From the NCBI GenBank assembly GCA_051294375.1, contig CM119264.1, positions 6,073,765 through 6,137,764 on the forward strand: a stretch of 64,000 bases of DNA, given 5' to 3'. Every line of letters begins with the position of its first letter. The first letter of the stretch is position 1. The notes under the pieces were generated by a model. It did not search any database. It was not told the DNA's origin and saw only the letters and a list, made by a program, of their open reading frames with translations. Source of the DNA: Paraspadella gotoi. Its lineage: Eukaryota; Animalia; Chaetognatha. Made by a program: the position numbers and the translations under genes. Of the stretch, positions 26,935 to 37,420 are shown piece after piece.

Positions 26935-27273
26935 CTGGAGGACGGGAGGAGGTCAGGCGTCGGTGAGGAAAAAAAAAAGATCTAAATATCGTTTTGATTT
27001 ATTTAACATTTCTGTTTTGAATTCCCGGTCGATCAAAATAATAAATATTGTCTCGCATATAAATCAATTATTATTTGTAATTGTCATACGACGTCAGGAA
27101 TCAAATATGGCGATACAATTTCAATATTATCACAAAATTATTCGACAAAAATATCATACCAAAACAAAAAAATATCCCGTCCTTACGTTTGTAAAACAAA
27201 TTAACAAATTAACAAATATTCCCAAAGAGACAGAAAGAGAGCAATAAACGGGAAATAATTGAATCAACGAAAC

Positions 27274-27352
27274 CTTGAGACGAACTTCCTCCGTGACGGG
27301 ATCTAAGTAATATCGATTGGCCGTCGTGAGAAAATCCCCCCTTTCCGAAGCC
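27274..27352 (-). CDS. ANO: Anoctamin exon 11 (ASERGDFLTTANRYYLDPVTEEVRLK)
   Basis: cccag acceptor, AAG|GTTTCG donor, phases 2 to 0; matches the RxxF...xPVT loop. Confidence 0.85.
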
Positions 27353-27360
27353 CTGGGTGA

Positions 27361-27440
<80 letters not shown>

Positions 27441-27656
27441 AAGTATATTATTTCAAAAGAAAAACAACTCTGCCAATCAATCAAAGAAAGGAAAAGAAAA
27501 AAATTCTCCATTCTCTCTTCACAATTTTAGTCTCTTCCGCAATCATCACCGTCTGTCACCCGAGTCCTTCGCTATCACCTCCTCCGATGTCAAGAGACAT
27601 TTTCCCGCCAGAGACGCTCCGCTTTTCCGATAATTTTCCCGCCGCCTGTCCTTTAC

Positions 27657-27790
27657 TTGTCTTTCACGGGCCTTCATGAACCCGTTTCCTCTTTACCTGT
27701 CTTTAATGGGCCTTCTAGAACCCATATCCCCTTTGCCTGTTTTAATGGGCCTTCTAGAACCCATTTCCCCTTTGCCTGTCTTTATTGGCC
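27657..27790 (+). repeat. 39-bp minisatellite, ~3.5 units
   Basis: CTGTCTTTAATGGGCCTTCTAGAACCCATATCCCCTTTG repeated. Confidence 0.85.
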
Positions 27791-28150
27791 AACTCCTCCC
27801 CATCTCGTCCTTCATCTCTCCCCATCTCTTCCCCATTCTCCTTCCCATCTCCTCCCATCTCCTTCCCCATTCTACTTCCACTTCACTCCGTTACTTCTTT
27901 CTCCTTCCCCATCTCTCCCTCCCCCTCACCATCTGTTCCACGACTGTATTTTTATCTCCTTTCTCATCTCTCCCTCCCCTTCCCCATCTGTTCCACGACT
28001 GTATTTTTATCTGCTTTCTCATCTCCTCTCACCTTCCCTCTTAAATTTCTTCTTTCCCCTTCCCCTTCTCTTCTGCTCTTCCCCCCCCGCCTTCTTCACC
28101 CCGTCTCTCTCCCCTTCTCCATCTCTTCCTCCCTCTTTTCCCCCCCAAAC

Positions 28151-28300
28151 CTGTTCCACTCCCCAAGATCCTTCATGTCCCAATCGTACTGCAGCCACCG
28201 GAAGTGTCTGTCCCACAATTCGACGAAGATCGAGAGCCAAACGTTCATGAGGAGACCGAAGATGACGATCACCGGATTGTCGATCACTTCCGTCGCGTGA
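28151..28300 (-). CDS. ANO: Anoctamin exon 10, TM2 (HATEVIDNPVIVIFGLLMNVWLSIFVELWDRHFRWLQYDWD...)
   Basis: DN...F...MxxW...FxExWxR...LxxxWD motif; canonical splice sites. Confidence 0.92.
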
Positions 28301-28546
28301 CTGCGTGATGGAGGTGGGGGGGGGCGAGAATTATGAGTGATCGAGGTGATGAAATCACCAGTTTGTCTTCTGAATTTCTTTTGAATTTCAAAACTGAACA
28401 AAAACAAATAGCAATAAAGAGAATCCATTGCATTGACAATTAAACTATATCAGATCTTTAAAATAACACAACATCACATTGTCACCCGAGCGAATCTTTG
28501 ATCAAATGGCAAATTATTAGAGAAACCGTGAATACTCAAGCCGGAC

Positions 28547-28626
28547 CTGCTGTTGCATCCCAGATCCGTTGCCAACCAAAAGTCGCAGTTTTTGTCGCAA
28601 GGGGGACACATGAGGACATCGTTTCT
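28547..28626 (-). CDS. ANO: Anoctamin exon 9 (RNDVLMCPPCDKNCDFWLATDLGCNS)
   Basis: MCPxCDxxCxxW...C extracellular cysteine motif. Confidence 0.9.
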
Positions 28627-29154
28627 CTGAGATTCTCTCGAGAGTCGGAGATCAAAGTCGATCGAACAGAGAAAGAGAGAGAGAGAGAGAGAGCGAGTCA
28701 CTAGAGTAGCTGACCGAGGTTTAAATTAAATTATGCGAAAGACCAACACTGATGTATAAACAATGCGTCATTTGGTATAATTGATCGTCAAAACATGGAT
28801 TATTGTAGATTGTACATTGTACATTGTAGTTTATTACTGAACGATGTGGGTTTTATTAGAGTGGGAATGGAGCTAATAGGCTAATCCCGGAAACAATGCG
28901 GCAAATTGCGGCATTGGGTATAATTTAATGATAAAATATAGTATAAAATTGATCCATTATGAGAGAAAGCGAGAATCTGGCTCACGCAAGGAAAATTAGA
29001 ATTTAAAAATGACAAAGATATTAACCCCCACCTTTCTTTCTCAGTATCTGATTTGTCTAGGTCAAACTCGTCTGGCCGAGAGAGAGAGAGAAAAAAAAAG
29101 AAAAACAAATTCAGATTCTATGTTTCGATCGACTTAATTTCCGCTCCGAGTGAC

Positions 29155-29289
29155 TTTGCACCATAGAGTCTCGTCCATGAGCTGTTCCGGCAAGAAACCG
29201 AATCCGGCAATGAAGCAAAGGACGCCGATGATGGCGGCCGGAATCAACATCGAGACGTAAAAACCGAGGAATGCGAAATAGAGAGCGAC
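29155..29289 (-). CDS. ANO: Anoctamin exon 8, TM1 (VALYFAFLGFYVSMLIPAAIIGVLCFIAG...WCK)
   Basis: ALYFAxLGFY...MLIPAAIxG TM1 motif; ctag acceptor; donor position (AAA|GTCACT) inferred from phase. Confidence 0.9.
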
Positions 29290-29629
29290 CTAGGGTGGGC
29301 GATGTTAAAGGGGTAGTGGTCGTAGGTGGTTGGATTCCTTGTAATTTCTTCGTAATTTGTAATTCGACTTTCAAATTCCTATCGGCAAAAGTAGAAATTT
29401 ATGTAATTCCAAAAAGGGCAATCACCAAAGCATGCATCGCATTTTCGGATGTCATTTCTCTCCTCAAACCCTTAATCCCGGATGTAAATCCTTTATCAGT
29501 TTTGGCATAACAGTCCCGTATGTAATCTCTCCACAACCCATTCATGCCAATAGTTCCTGGATGTAATCTGTCTAATTGCCCAAATAATCCCTGATGTATG
29601 TAATCTCTCTTATCGGATGTAATCTCAAC

Positions 29630-29829
29630 CTCGTTTCCAAAATAATCCCGTATGTAATCCAAAGGCTGCATCTTGTTCGACGCTTTGGCCCAGCCCAGAT
29701 AGAGACGGAGACGAAGGGAGACGTGATAGGCGATGGCGTTGGCGTCGACGCCCGCGGCGTCTTTGTCGAGGGCCGCCTTGACGATGGCGGTGGGCGTGGA
29801 GGCCGTCACGGAGTCTTCTTTGAAGAGTT
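29630..29829 (-). CDS. ANO: Anoctamin exon 7 (...LRLRLYLGWAKASNKMQPLDYIRDYFGNE)
   Basis: RxxLYxxWA and QPLDxIRxYFGE hallmark motifs; GAG|GTTGAG donor. Confidence 0.93.
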
Positions 29830-30138
29830 CTGTGTGCGAGTATTGGTTGTCGAGGTTTGGTTGTTTGAGTGATGGATACAAGTTGGAGACGGAGAAATTG
29901 TGGAAGAAAAAATAAGTTTGAGAATTAGGAATTAAAATAGTCATCCTTAGACCAAAGGAAATGGTAGTATTAAACAAAAAAACAAACAAACAAACAAAAA
30001 AACGCAAAAAATCAAGATAGCAATATTAAACTAGCACTCTGTGAAGTTGAAAGGACAAAGTGACAAAGATCGTAATACCTGTATGGACAAAGAAACACAA
30101 AGACAAAAAAAGTCAACCAAGGACAAAGTTGATATTAC

Positions 30139-30451
30139 TCTGCGGAAACTCGTAAGCAGAAAGTCCCTCGTAGGTTAAAGACTCTGATTCTTCCACATAT
30201 CCTCTTCCTCCTCCTTTTCCTCCAACACCTCCTTTCCCTCCTCCCCTTCCCCCTCTTCCTCCTCTTCCCGCCCCGGACTTCCTCGACGACCCCTCCAACG
30301 CCTCGTGGTCCTCGTACATCGTCTCCAACCTCCTCGCCTTCTCTCTATGCGCCACCTCCACGCGCCACGAGAGCTCCATCCGCTCCACGTGTGCCCTCGT
30401 CATTTTTCGTCGCGCTTTTCGACGCTCAACTTTTTCTTTTGACCATTTGAT
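30139..30451 (-). CDS. ANO: Anoctamin exon 6, lineage-specific insert (IKWSKEKVERRKARRK...GRGGRGGRGGG...YEFPQ)
   Basis: ttgcag acceptor (phase 0) and A|GTAATA donor (phase 1) bridge the phases of exons 5 and 7, which cannot be joined directly in frame; open GC-rich frame. Confidence 0.75.
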
Positions 30452-30666
30452 CTGCAATTCGGACCGGTGGGTGGGAGGCGGTTGGGTCTCTGAGGATAAC
30501 GCTGATGTGACGAAAGCGGTACGGAACGATAGTGATGACAGGGATAATTCTTTACCCGTGAGAGTTTGATAATTGTGACAGCCCTAGGTAATCAAATGAG
30601 ACGTTGAGTGAAGTTAAGTTTATTGAATGAATGGATAATTGATATTGGTTGTGCCAATTTCATGAC

Positions 30667-31891
30667 TAGTGTTCCGATAACCGTTAACTGTTAATGGTTA
30701 TTAACGGTTAAAATAATTTTAACGGTTAAATTCGGTTAATTTTCAAATGCGAATTTTTTTTCATTTTTGGTAATGAAATCTTTAAATTTAAAAAAAAAAA
30801 CTATTTTTTTCCTATCCTCTCTATTCTCCTCTCCACCTTCTAGCTCATTCACCATATTTTGACCCCTCTCTCTCTTCTCCAACTTTTTCCCTGCTTTTTC
30901 TCTTTATTTCTTCTTTTTTTGCTCTCCTAATCTCTCTTTCTTCCCCTTTATTTATCTCCTCCTGTTTCTTTTTTTTCTTTCTCACTTTCCCCTTTTCTTT
31001 CCCACTTCTTTTCTCTCCTTTTTCTCCCCTTTATTTTACCTTTTCTTTTTTTTCGGGCCCTTCCATTCAATAAATATATTCAAATTTTACGCCTAAAAAA
31101 TAATTAATCCTTCTATTTTCTTTTTCTAATTTTTCCCTTCTTTAAAATTGAACAAAGAAGCCAAATGAAAATAAAACCGAATGAATGAAGAAATGAATAA
31201 AAACCAAAATAAAAACAATTAATTATAGAAAAATTTAAAAATTAATAATAGAAGGAAGAAATCTTAAAAAATGACATTAAGGGCTAACTAAAACTAATCC
31301 TTCATAATAGATGGATATTACTTTTTTAATTAACTGAAAATAATATTATTAATCAATACAATCCTTTTGATCATCGATAATCAACCAGATCTATCAATAA
31401 GTTATTATTATTTATATTTATGGTCAATGAACGCAATTGACCATTGGTCATGGTTTATGAAAGACTAACAACAGAAAACAAGCGTTCAAAAACCCTAAAC
31501 AACTATAAAATAATGAGAAGAGAAGTAGAGAAAGAAAAATAGAAAACAAAAGAGAGAAGAGAAAACAAAATATACTAAAATTAGAATTTAATGGTATCCT
31601 TTCATTTCGTTGTATTATGAGATTAGCAAAAATATTTGTTTGTTACAACAACAATTTTATTTGACATAAAAAACAGACATGTTTCCACTCTGTTTCGAGT
31701 CTTCTTCAGCGCATTCAGGAGCCAGAGTTAAAGAGAAAATACCATTAAATACTTTAGTTTGTTTTAAATCTTAATATTTTAAATTTAAAGTTAAATTATA
31801 AAATTAACCGATCTTAACGGTTAACCGTTAAAAATGTTAGTTTTAACGGTTAAGTGAAGTTCCTAACAAATTAACGGTTATCGGAACTCTA
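30667..31891. mobile_element. Non-autonomous hAT-superfamily DNA transposon (MITE), 1225 bp
   Basis: TIRs TAGTGTTCCGATAACCGTTAA / TTAACGGTTATCGGAACTCTA (1 mismatch); exact 8-bp TSD TTCATGAC at 30659-30666 and 31892-31899; subterminal TAACGGTT/AACCGTTA repeats; no ORF. Confidence 0.9.
31672..31713 (-). ncRNA. Degenerate minimal hammerhead motif inside the hAT MITE
   Basis: GCG-CUGAAGA-A-GACUC(GAAACA)GAGUG-GAAA-CAUG-UC-UGU; one stem II mismatch at the base, weak stem I. Confidence 0.5.
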
Positions 31892-31988
31892 TTCATGACA
31901 GCCTGAGCTCGTCTTGGAGATTCAACGTGGTAATAGTAAAAGAGTGATAATGTATATAAATATGATTTTAAAGTTACCCCCTAATTAC

Positions 31989-32088
31989 CTGCGATATTGG
32001 TTTCTTGCTGTTGGTCGCCCGTACGCAACAAGGGCAACCGAGGTACTGCGACTCTTTCCAGTCGCCGTCGTGGAGAGGGTAAGCTTGG
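31989..32088 (-). CDS. ANO: Anoctamin exon 5 (SQAYPLHDGDWKESQYLGCPCCVRATNSKKPISQ)
   Basis: tag acceptor, CAG|GTAATT donor; hallmark AYPLHDG motif; phases 2 to 0 consistent. Not in the ORF track. Confidence 0.92.
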
Positions 32089-32564
32089 CTAGAGCGAGTA
32101 GATGGAGGCAAAGATCAGGTTATGAGAAGAAAAAGAGGTGATGAAGCTGGTAATACAAAAGGAAGAAAATTTCTTCCCTTAATCCAACGACCAAAACTAA
32201 TCCTTTCTTCCCTTTTCATCTCATCCATCCCATCTGCAAAACCCTTTGATCTACATTAGCCCCCCAAATCTAACCCGTAAAGCCCCTCCCTTTAATGATC
32301 GTCCCTCCCACTTCTACGTTAACTCTTCCTTTCCGCCTGTAAACCAATTTTAATGAATAAACCTTCCCTAACGTAAGCCCCGCTCTTCATCCATAAACCA
32401 CCTGCGCAAACACCCCCTCTCTCCTACTTCTCAACCCACTTCCTCTCCTTATTAACCCCCCGTTTCGAAGAGCGTTCTGAGAGTTGAACTAATCGAAAGT
32501 CGGACGAAACATAAAAAGTTTGTTATTTCGCATCATCCCCCAAAATTCCCCCATCCTCACCAAC

Positions 32565-32746
32565 CTATAAACCCCCTTAGTGATGAGAGCCTCGATGCAC
32601 AGGTCCACGTAGTCCATCTGCTGTCTCGGCTCCAAATGCGGTTTGGCCAGGACCACGTGAACCAGGGTCGCTCGTTCCGGTCCGGAGAATATCTCAAGGT
32701 CGTCTTGGAAGTCGTCCGTCGGAAGGAAGCGTTCCATCTCGCCCAT
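32565..32746 (-). CDS. ANO: Anoctamin exon 4 (MGEMERFLPTDD...FSGPERATLVHVVL...IEALITKGVY)
   Basis: cccag acceptor, AG|GTTG donor; FSxxxRxxxVxxxL and IxxLxxxGVY motifs. Confidence 0.9.
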
Positions 32747-34681
32747 CTGGGGGGGGGGAGTGGTGGGGTGGACGGTAGAGGGTTGGAGGAAAGAGGAGGT
32801 AGGAAGTGGAGGAAGGAAAGGGGGAATTATTAGGTGGAGGGAGGAGAAGGATGGAGAGAATAGGATGCGGTCAGGGAAGAATAAAAGTCCTATTTGTCTA
32901 CCTCTTTTAACATTATTTTTTTATCATTTCGTTTACTAATAATAATTTTCAGATTTGGTGAGTCTCGAGTATTAATCGATAATTGATCCGACAATATAAA
33001 TGAGCAAAAAAAAAAAAGGTTTAAAAATTTAAACAAACAAAAAAACAACAACAACAAAAAAACGCCAGTTGTGATCAAAGACTAAAATTAGGTATGCAGC
33101 GTGTCTTGTTTCATAATCTTTATCGTCCCCATAAAAAAAGATTAAAAAAAAGATTAAAAATAATTTTACGACGCGAATAATAAATATGTTGCGGCGATTC
33201 GTGTTTAACGTCATCGTCGTCGTTATCGTCGTCGTCTTCGTCGTCGCGTGAATTCTTAAATTTTTGTTTTGTTGTAATCGCGTTCATCACCGTCGCTGTT
33301 TTCTTTTTAAAAAAACCGAAAGACTGTGGATAAGACGCTAAGTGGGCTGAAGACGGGGTGAACTTATGCGACTTCAAGATATCCGAAACGTCTCTTCGTC
33401 AACCCCCCCCCCCCCTGCCGCTCTTCTCCTCCCACGGGCGAACATCCCTTTCCCAATCCCCAACTTCGGCTAACGAGACGCCTCTTCCGGCGCGCCCCCT
33501 ACCCCCCCTTTTCTAGGAAAAAAAAGACGGGATCGAGTTCGGGGAAAAATATCGAATTATGAAAATCCGATGCTGAGATGAGAGGAAAGTCGGGAGACTA
33601 TGGAAACAGATCTGATGACGGATCATATAAAAGGGAGACTGTGGAAGCGGATATAGTGATCGAGGGGTAAGATAAGCCCGTGGCAATGATAGAGGATCAA
33701 GTGATAAAAGTGAAGGAAATGCCTGTGGCAATGAATGCGGATTAAGTGATTCAGGGCGAAAGAAAAGTCAGGAGCGATGAAAGGAGATGAGTCATACTTA
33801 AGAAAGAATGTTTTGCCTCGTCAACAATCCTAAATATGACTGTCTTTTATAATCAATACGTCCATAGTATTGTCTAATGTGTAATGACTCAATGTTCTCG
33901 GGTTGACGTTGTAAAAATGTCACGTGACACAGATGAATAACAATAAAAAATAATAATGCGACAGAAAGAGGAAACAATAAAGAAAAAAATTTGACGGGCG
34001 GGAAAAAACCAATAAAAACGGAATCTGTTCAGGAAGAAGAAAGACAATGAAAAAAGAATTCTGTGCCTGGGAAGTCGGAATATAAGTGAGAAAAAAACTC
34101 ACTGAAAATATACAGATGGGGGGGAACTAAAAACTAATAAAAATATAAAAAAATTTAAAAAAATGAATGACGAAATGGTTGACAAAAAAAAAGAAAATAA
34201 AGAATAAAAAAATAGAAAAAAAACTGCGATGCAATACTACAAAAAAAAAAAAAAAAAAACAAACAAAAACAAGACGGAAACGTACAACTACAAAACCACA
34301 AAAACCATTTCTAAAAATAATTTTTTTAATCCTTTATTTTTTTAGTTTTTCTAATGCGTTAACATTTAAAAGAAAAACTCGAAAAAACTTCTCTCTCAGT
34401 TTTGGAACGAAATTCGCTAAAACTAAAAGAAGACAAAACAGAATGAAAAAAAAAGAAACATAACAGTCCTCACTTTTATTTCTTTGTATTTCTTTTACTT
34501 TCTCTCTTTTTTATTTATTTCCTTGGCCCCTTTTTTCCATCCTCTCCTCCCTTATACGGAATAAAGGAAAAGGCATAAAGTTTTGAAACACAGGGAAAAT
34601 ATTGGCAAAATCAAAAATAAATATATATCCGCATAAAAAAAAGAAAAAAAGTTTTTCGAATTAAAAGGGAGGACAGATGTC

Positions 34682-34777
<96 letters not shown>

Positions 34778-35191
34778 TAATGCCATCATCTTGCCAAAAT
34801 CATTGATGCCACCACTGATGCCTATCGCGACTGCAAATGTCTCATCATCGGCAAAGATCTAACGACATCAAGTGCTTCTCTCTTTTTTTGCTCATTAGTT
34901 TCCTTCGATTTTCTTAATCTTTTTTTCCCTTTTGCTTCTTTCCTTATCATCTCTCTCTATCTTTGCCTCTCTCTATCTTGTCCTCTCTCTATCTTTGCCT
35001 CTCTCTATCTTTGCCTCTCTCTAACTCTCGCTTCTCATTGCAGCTAATTTGGCTTGAAGCGACGGAAAGGCGAAGAAGATGTCGCAAGACGACCACAACA
35101 AAAAACGACAATATGAACAACAAACGCTTTTTAACTATCCAATTTAAGCAAAGTTCGAAAATAAGTTCTTCAACGATTTTTTATATTTTTG

Positions 35192-35234
35192 TACGGACAT
35201 GTTTCGACTCTTTTTTCGAACCTTCATCAGCGTT
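35192..35234 (-). ncRNA. Minimal hammerhead ribozyme motif
   Basis: ACG-CUGAUGA-A-GGUUC(GAAAAAA)GAGUC-GAAA-CAUG-UC-CGU; stem II with two G-U pairs. Confidence 0.65.
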
Positions 35235-36406
35235 AATAAATCTCAACTCAACGAAACTGAAAGGATTAATACAATAACTATCCAATTGAAATTCCTCTCC
35301 ATCCTCAAACAGAACTTATAAAACAAAAGAGCAGTCAGCGATCTCTCTCCTGTCGCTCCATCTATCTATTAAGATTATTATTATCTATTATTATCTATTC
35401 ATCTATGAATGAATCTTAGCTTCCGTCACGGTTTCCTTGCAACAGCTGATGAATGCTCATTACGGACGACGCGTCTGTACGACCCTTACTATTACTTATA
35501 CTAAGACTTTAAAAACGAAATCAGTCCTTAGTATAAGCATTTAAAAGTGGTTGTGGATAGTATTTCGAGAAAAAAGAATAATCTTTCTTTTGAAAAAAAA
35601 ATATATGATGAGAGAGGATATATCCTTTGTTTATATATATATAACACAAAGAAACCGAAATATAAAGAAACATAAGCGAACGAGTTCTAACTTAAATAAT
35701 GTTTAAGACGGAGTTATAAGACGTTTGCTTCTCCGGTTCGATTGTAAGTTAAAATTCGTGGAAGTTAGTGGGTGAGTTTTTTATTTAATTTTTTTCTTTT
35801 TTTCTTCCACAATTTTTTTAATATTGGTACTTTCCCTTTTTCCTCCCCCCCAATTCAAGATCCCTCTTTGATTTTTCACTGACTTCCCCGGATGTAATCA
35901 ATGGCGTCGTTTCTCTCCCTGGATGTAATCAGTTGCTTCGCCACTTTGACGAGAAACATAAACAGTTTACGGTTCGGCTACCCGACGAGAAATAGGCAGG
36001 AAAAACCCGGGCGATCACCTCTTGGATATGAGAGAGAGATGAGAGAGAGAGAGAGAGAGGAGAGAGAGAAGAGAGGAAGAGAGAGAGAAGAGAGAGAGAG
36101 AAAAAGAGAATGAATGAATGAGTGAGTGAGAGATTGACAATGAGCCAGTCAGAAATAGATTGAGAGTTGGCAGAGTAAAAGTGAGTGAAGTAAGTACATT
36201 TTTATTTAAGTTAAACACATTTAAATTAAAGACTACAACTACCTATAAACTATAAATAGGGTTTTTATGGATAATGATCATTCTTTTTTAACAGAAAATT
36301 ATGTTAAATCATAGCCTTTGCACCCAGCCCAAAATCGGGCTTCGAGTCCAAAAGTTAAAAGTTCAAAATTCAAATTTCAAATTTCAAATCCAAAAGTTTC
36401 GTCGAC

Positions 36407-37420
36407 TCATCTTTCATGCAGTTTGATTTTTTCCTCCTCAACAACAGCCTCCTCTCCATCAATCCCCTTTTCCCCAGCCTTCCCTTCCCCATCTCCCTCG
36501 TTCCTTCTCCAGCATTTCGACAGCGAGACGAAGATGATGGAGACAAAGACGACGCCGATTCCGACGGCCTCCACCGGCGTCACTCTCTCCCCGAACATCG
36601 CCGCGGAAAAGAGCGCCGTGGTGGGAATGAGGGCGCCGTTGAAGATATTACCCATGACGCCGGCGAGACCCGGATCGAACGACTCCAACTCGTTGCAGCC
36701 AACTTGTTGCGAGAGTCTGTAGACTGAGGAAATGAGGCCGACGAGAAAGACGGCCGCCAGCGGCAACGGCGGCGCAGCGGAGAACTCGGCGACTCCGCCG
36801 GAAATGCCGACGCAGACGGCGGCGACAACGGCGCTGCTGCCGACGCGCAGGACGAGAAAGTTTGACCAATGGGCATCGGCCGTGGCGCCGAAGAAGAAGG
36901 GATACGAGATGCTGTAGACGCCGCAGGAAAAGGCCAGTGGGTAGGCGTATCCAGGAATGTCCGCGTTGGCGGCGCCGAAAAGAAACGACGGGCGCGTGAC
37001 AAGAGTGAGGCCGACGACGGCGCCGACGATGCCGATTAAGTCGACCACGCCTACGCAGCGTCGCTGCAGGACGGCGTGCACCGCCGGCACCAGCAGCAGC
37101 GCGGAGCCGGTGAGAGCGGCGTAATTGCCGAGCGGAATCAGCGCCGACGCGGCGCGCCACGAAATGAAATTGGCGTTGATGACGAAGCCGAAGACGAGAA
37201 ACGCCACCCAGCGGGACGGCGTCCTCACCGTCCAATTCTTCCACGCGAAGGGCACCACCGGAATCGTGCCGACCGTCTCGCCGAGGAAGATGAAGACGAA
37301 GGCGACCGGCGTCGTCAATGGCGACGAGGAGCGGAAGATCGTCGTGCAGGAGGAGACGAGGAGTGTGTAGAAGGAGTTGAAGAGGAGACCGAAGAGGAGG
37401 GAGGTAGAGCGGGAGGACAT
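36407..37420 (-). CDS. Intronless EamA/DMT-superfamily transporter, SLC35G-like (337 aa from ATG 37420), nested in anoctamin intron 3
   Basis: Long GC-rich ORF with about 10 hydrophobic segments; PLGNYAAL...D...G+xLVTRPSFLFG resembles the SLC35G PLxDATxx...GVxLxxRPxFLFG motif; second EamA half ends FGERVTPVEAVGIGVV. Confidence 0.8.
   Translation of the reverse strand: MSSRSTSLLFGLLFNSFYTLLVSSCTTIFRSSSPLTTPVAFVFIFLGETVGTIPVVPFAWKNWTVRTPSRWVAFLVFGFVINANFISWRAASALIPLGNYAALTGSALLLVPAVHAVLQRRCVGVVDLIGIVGAVVGLTLVTRPSFLFGAANADIPGYAYPLAFSCGVYSISYPFFFGATADAHWSNFLVLRVGSSAVVAAVCVGISGGVAEFSAAPPLPLAAVFLVGLISSVYRLSQQVGCNELESFDPGLAGVMGNIFNGALIPTTALFSAAMFGERVTPVEAVGIGVVFVSIIFVSLSKCWRRNEGDGEGKAGEKGIDGEEAVVEEEKIKLHER

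Noticed and set aside
27657-27790. CRISPR-like appearance of 21-39-bp repeats (also 46022 and 55893)
   Set aside because: Head-to-tail tandem units with no unique spacers, no cas genes and a eukaryotic context.
35442-35480. Plus-strand CTGATGA...GACGCGTC hammerhead-like remnant
   Set aside because: Lacks the GAAA core and a convincing stem II.
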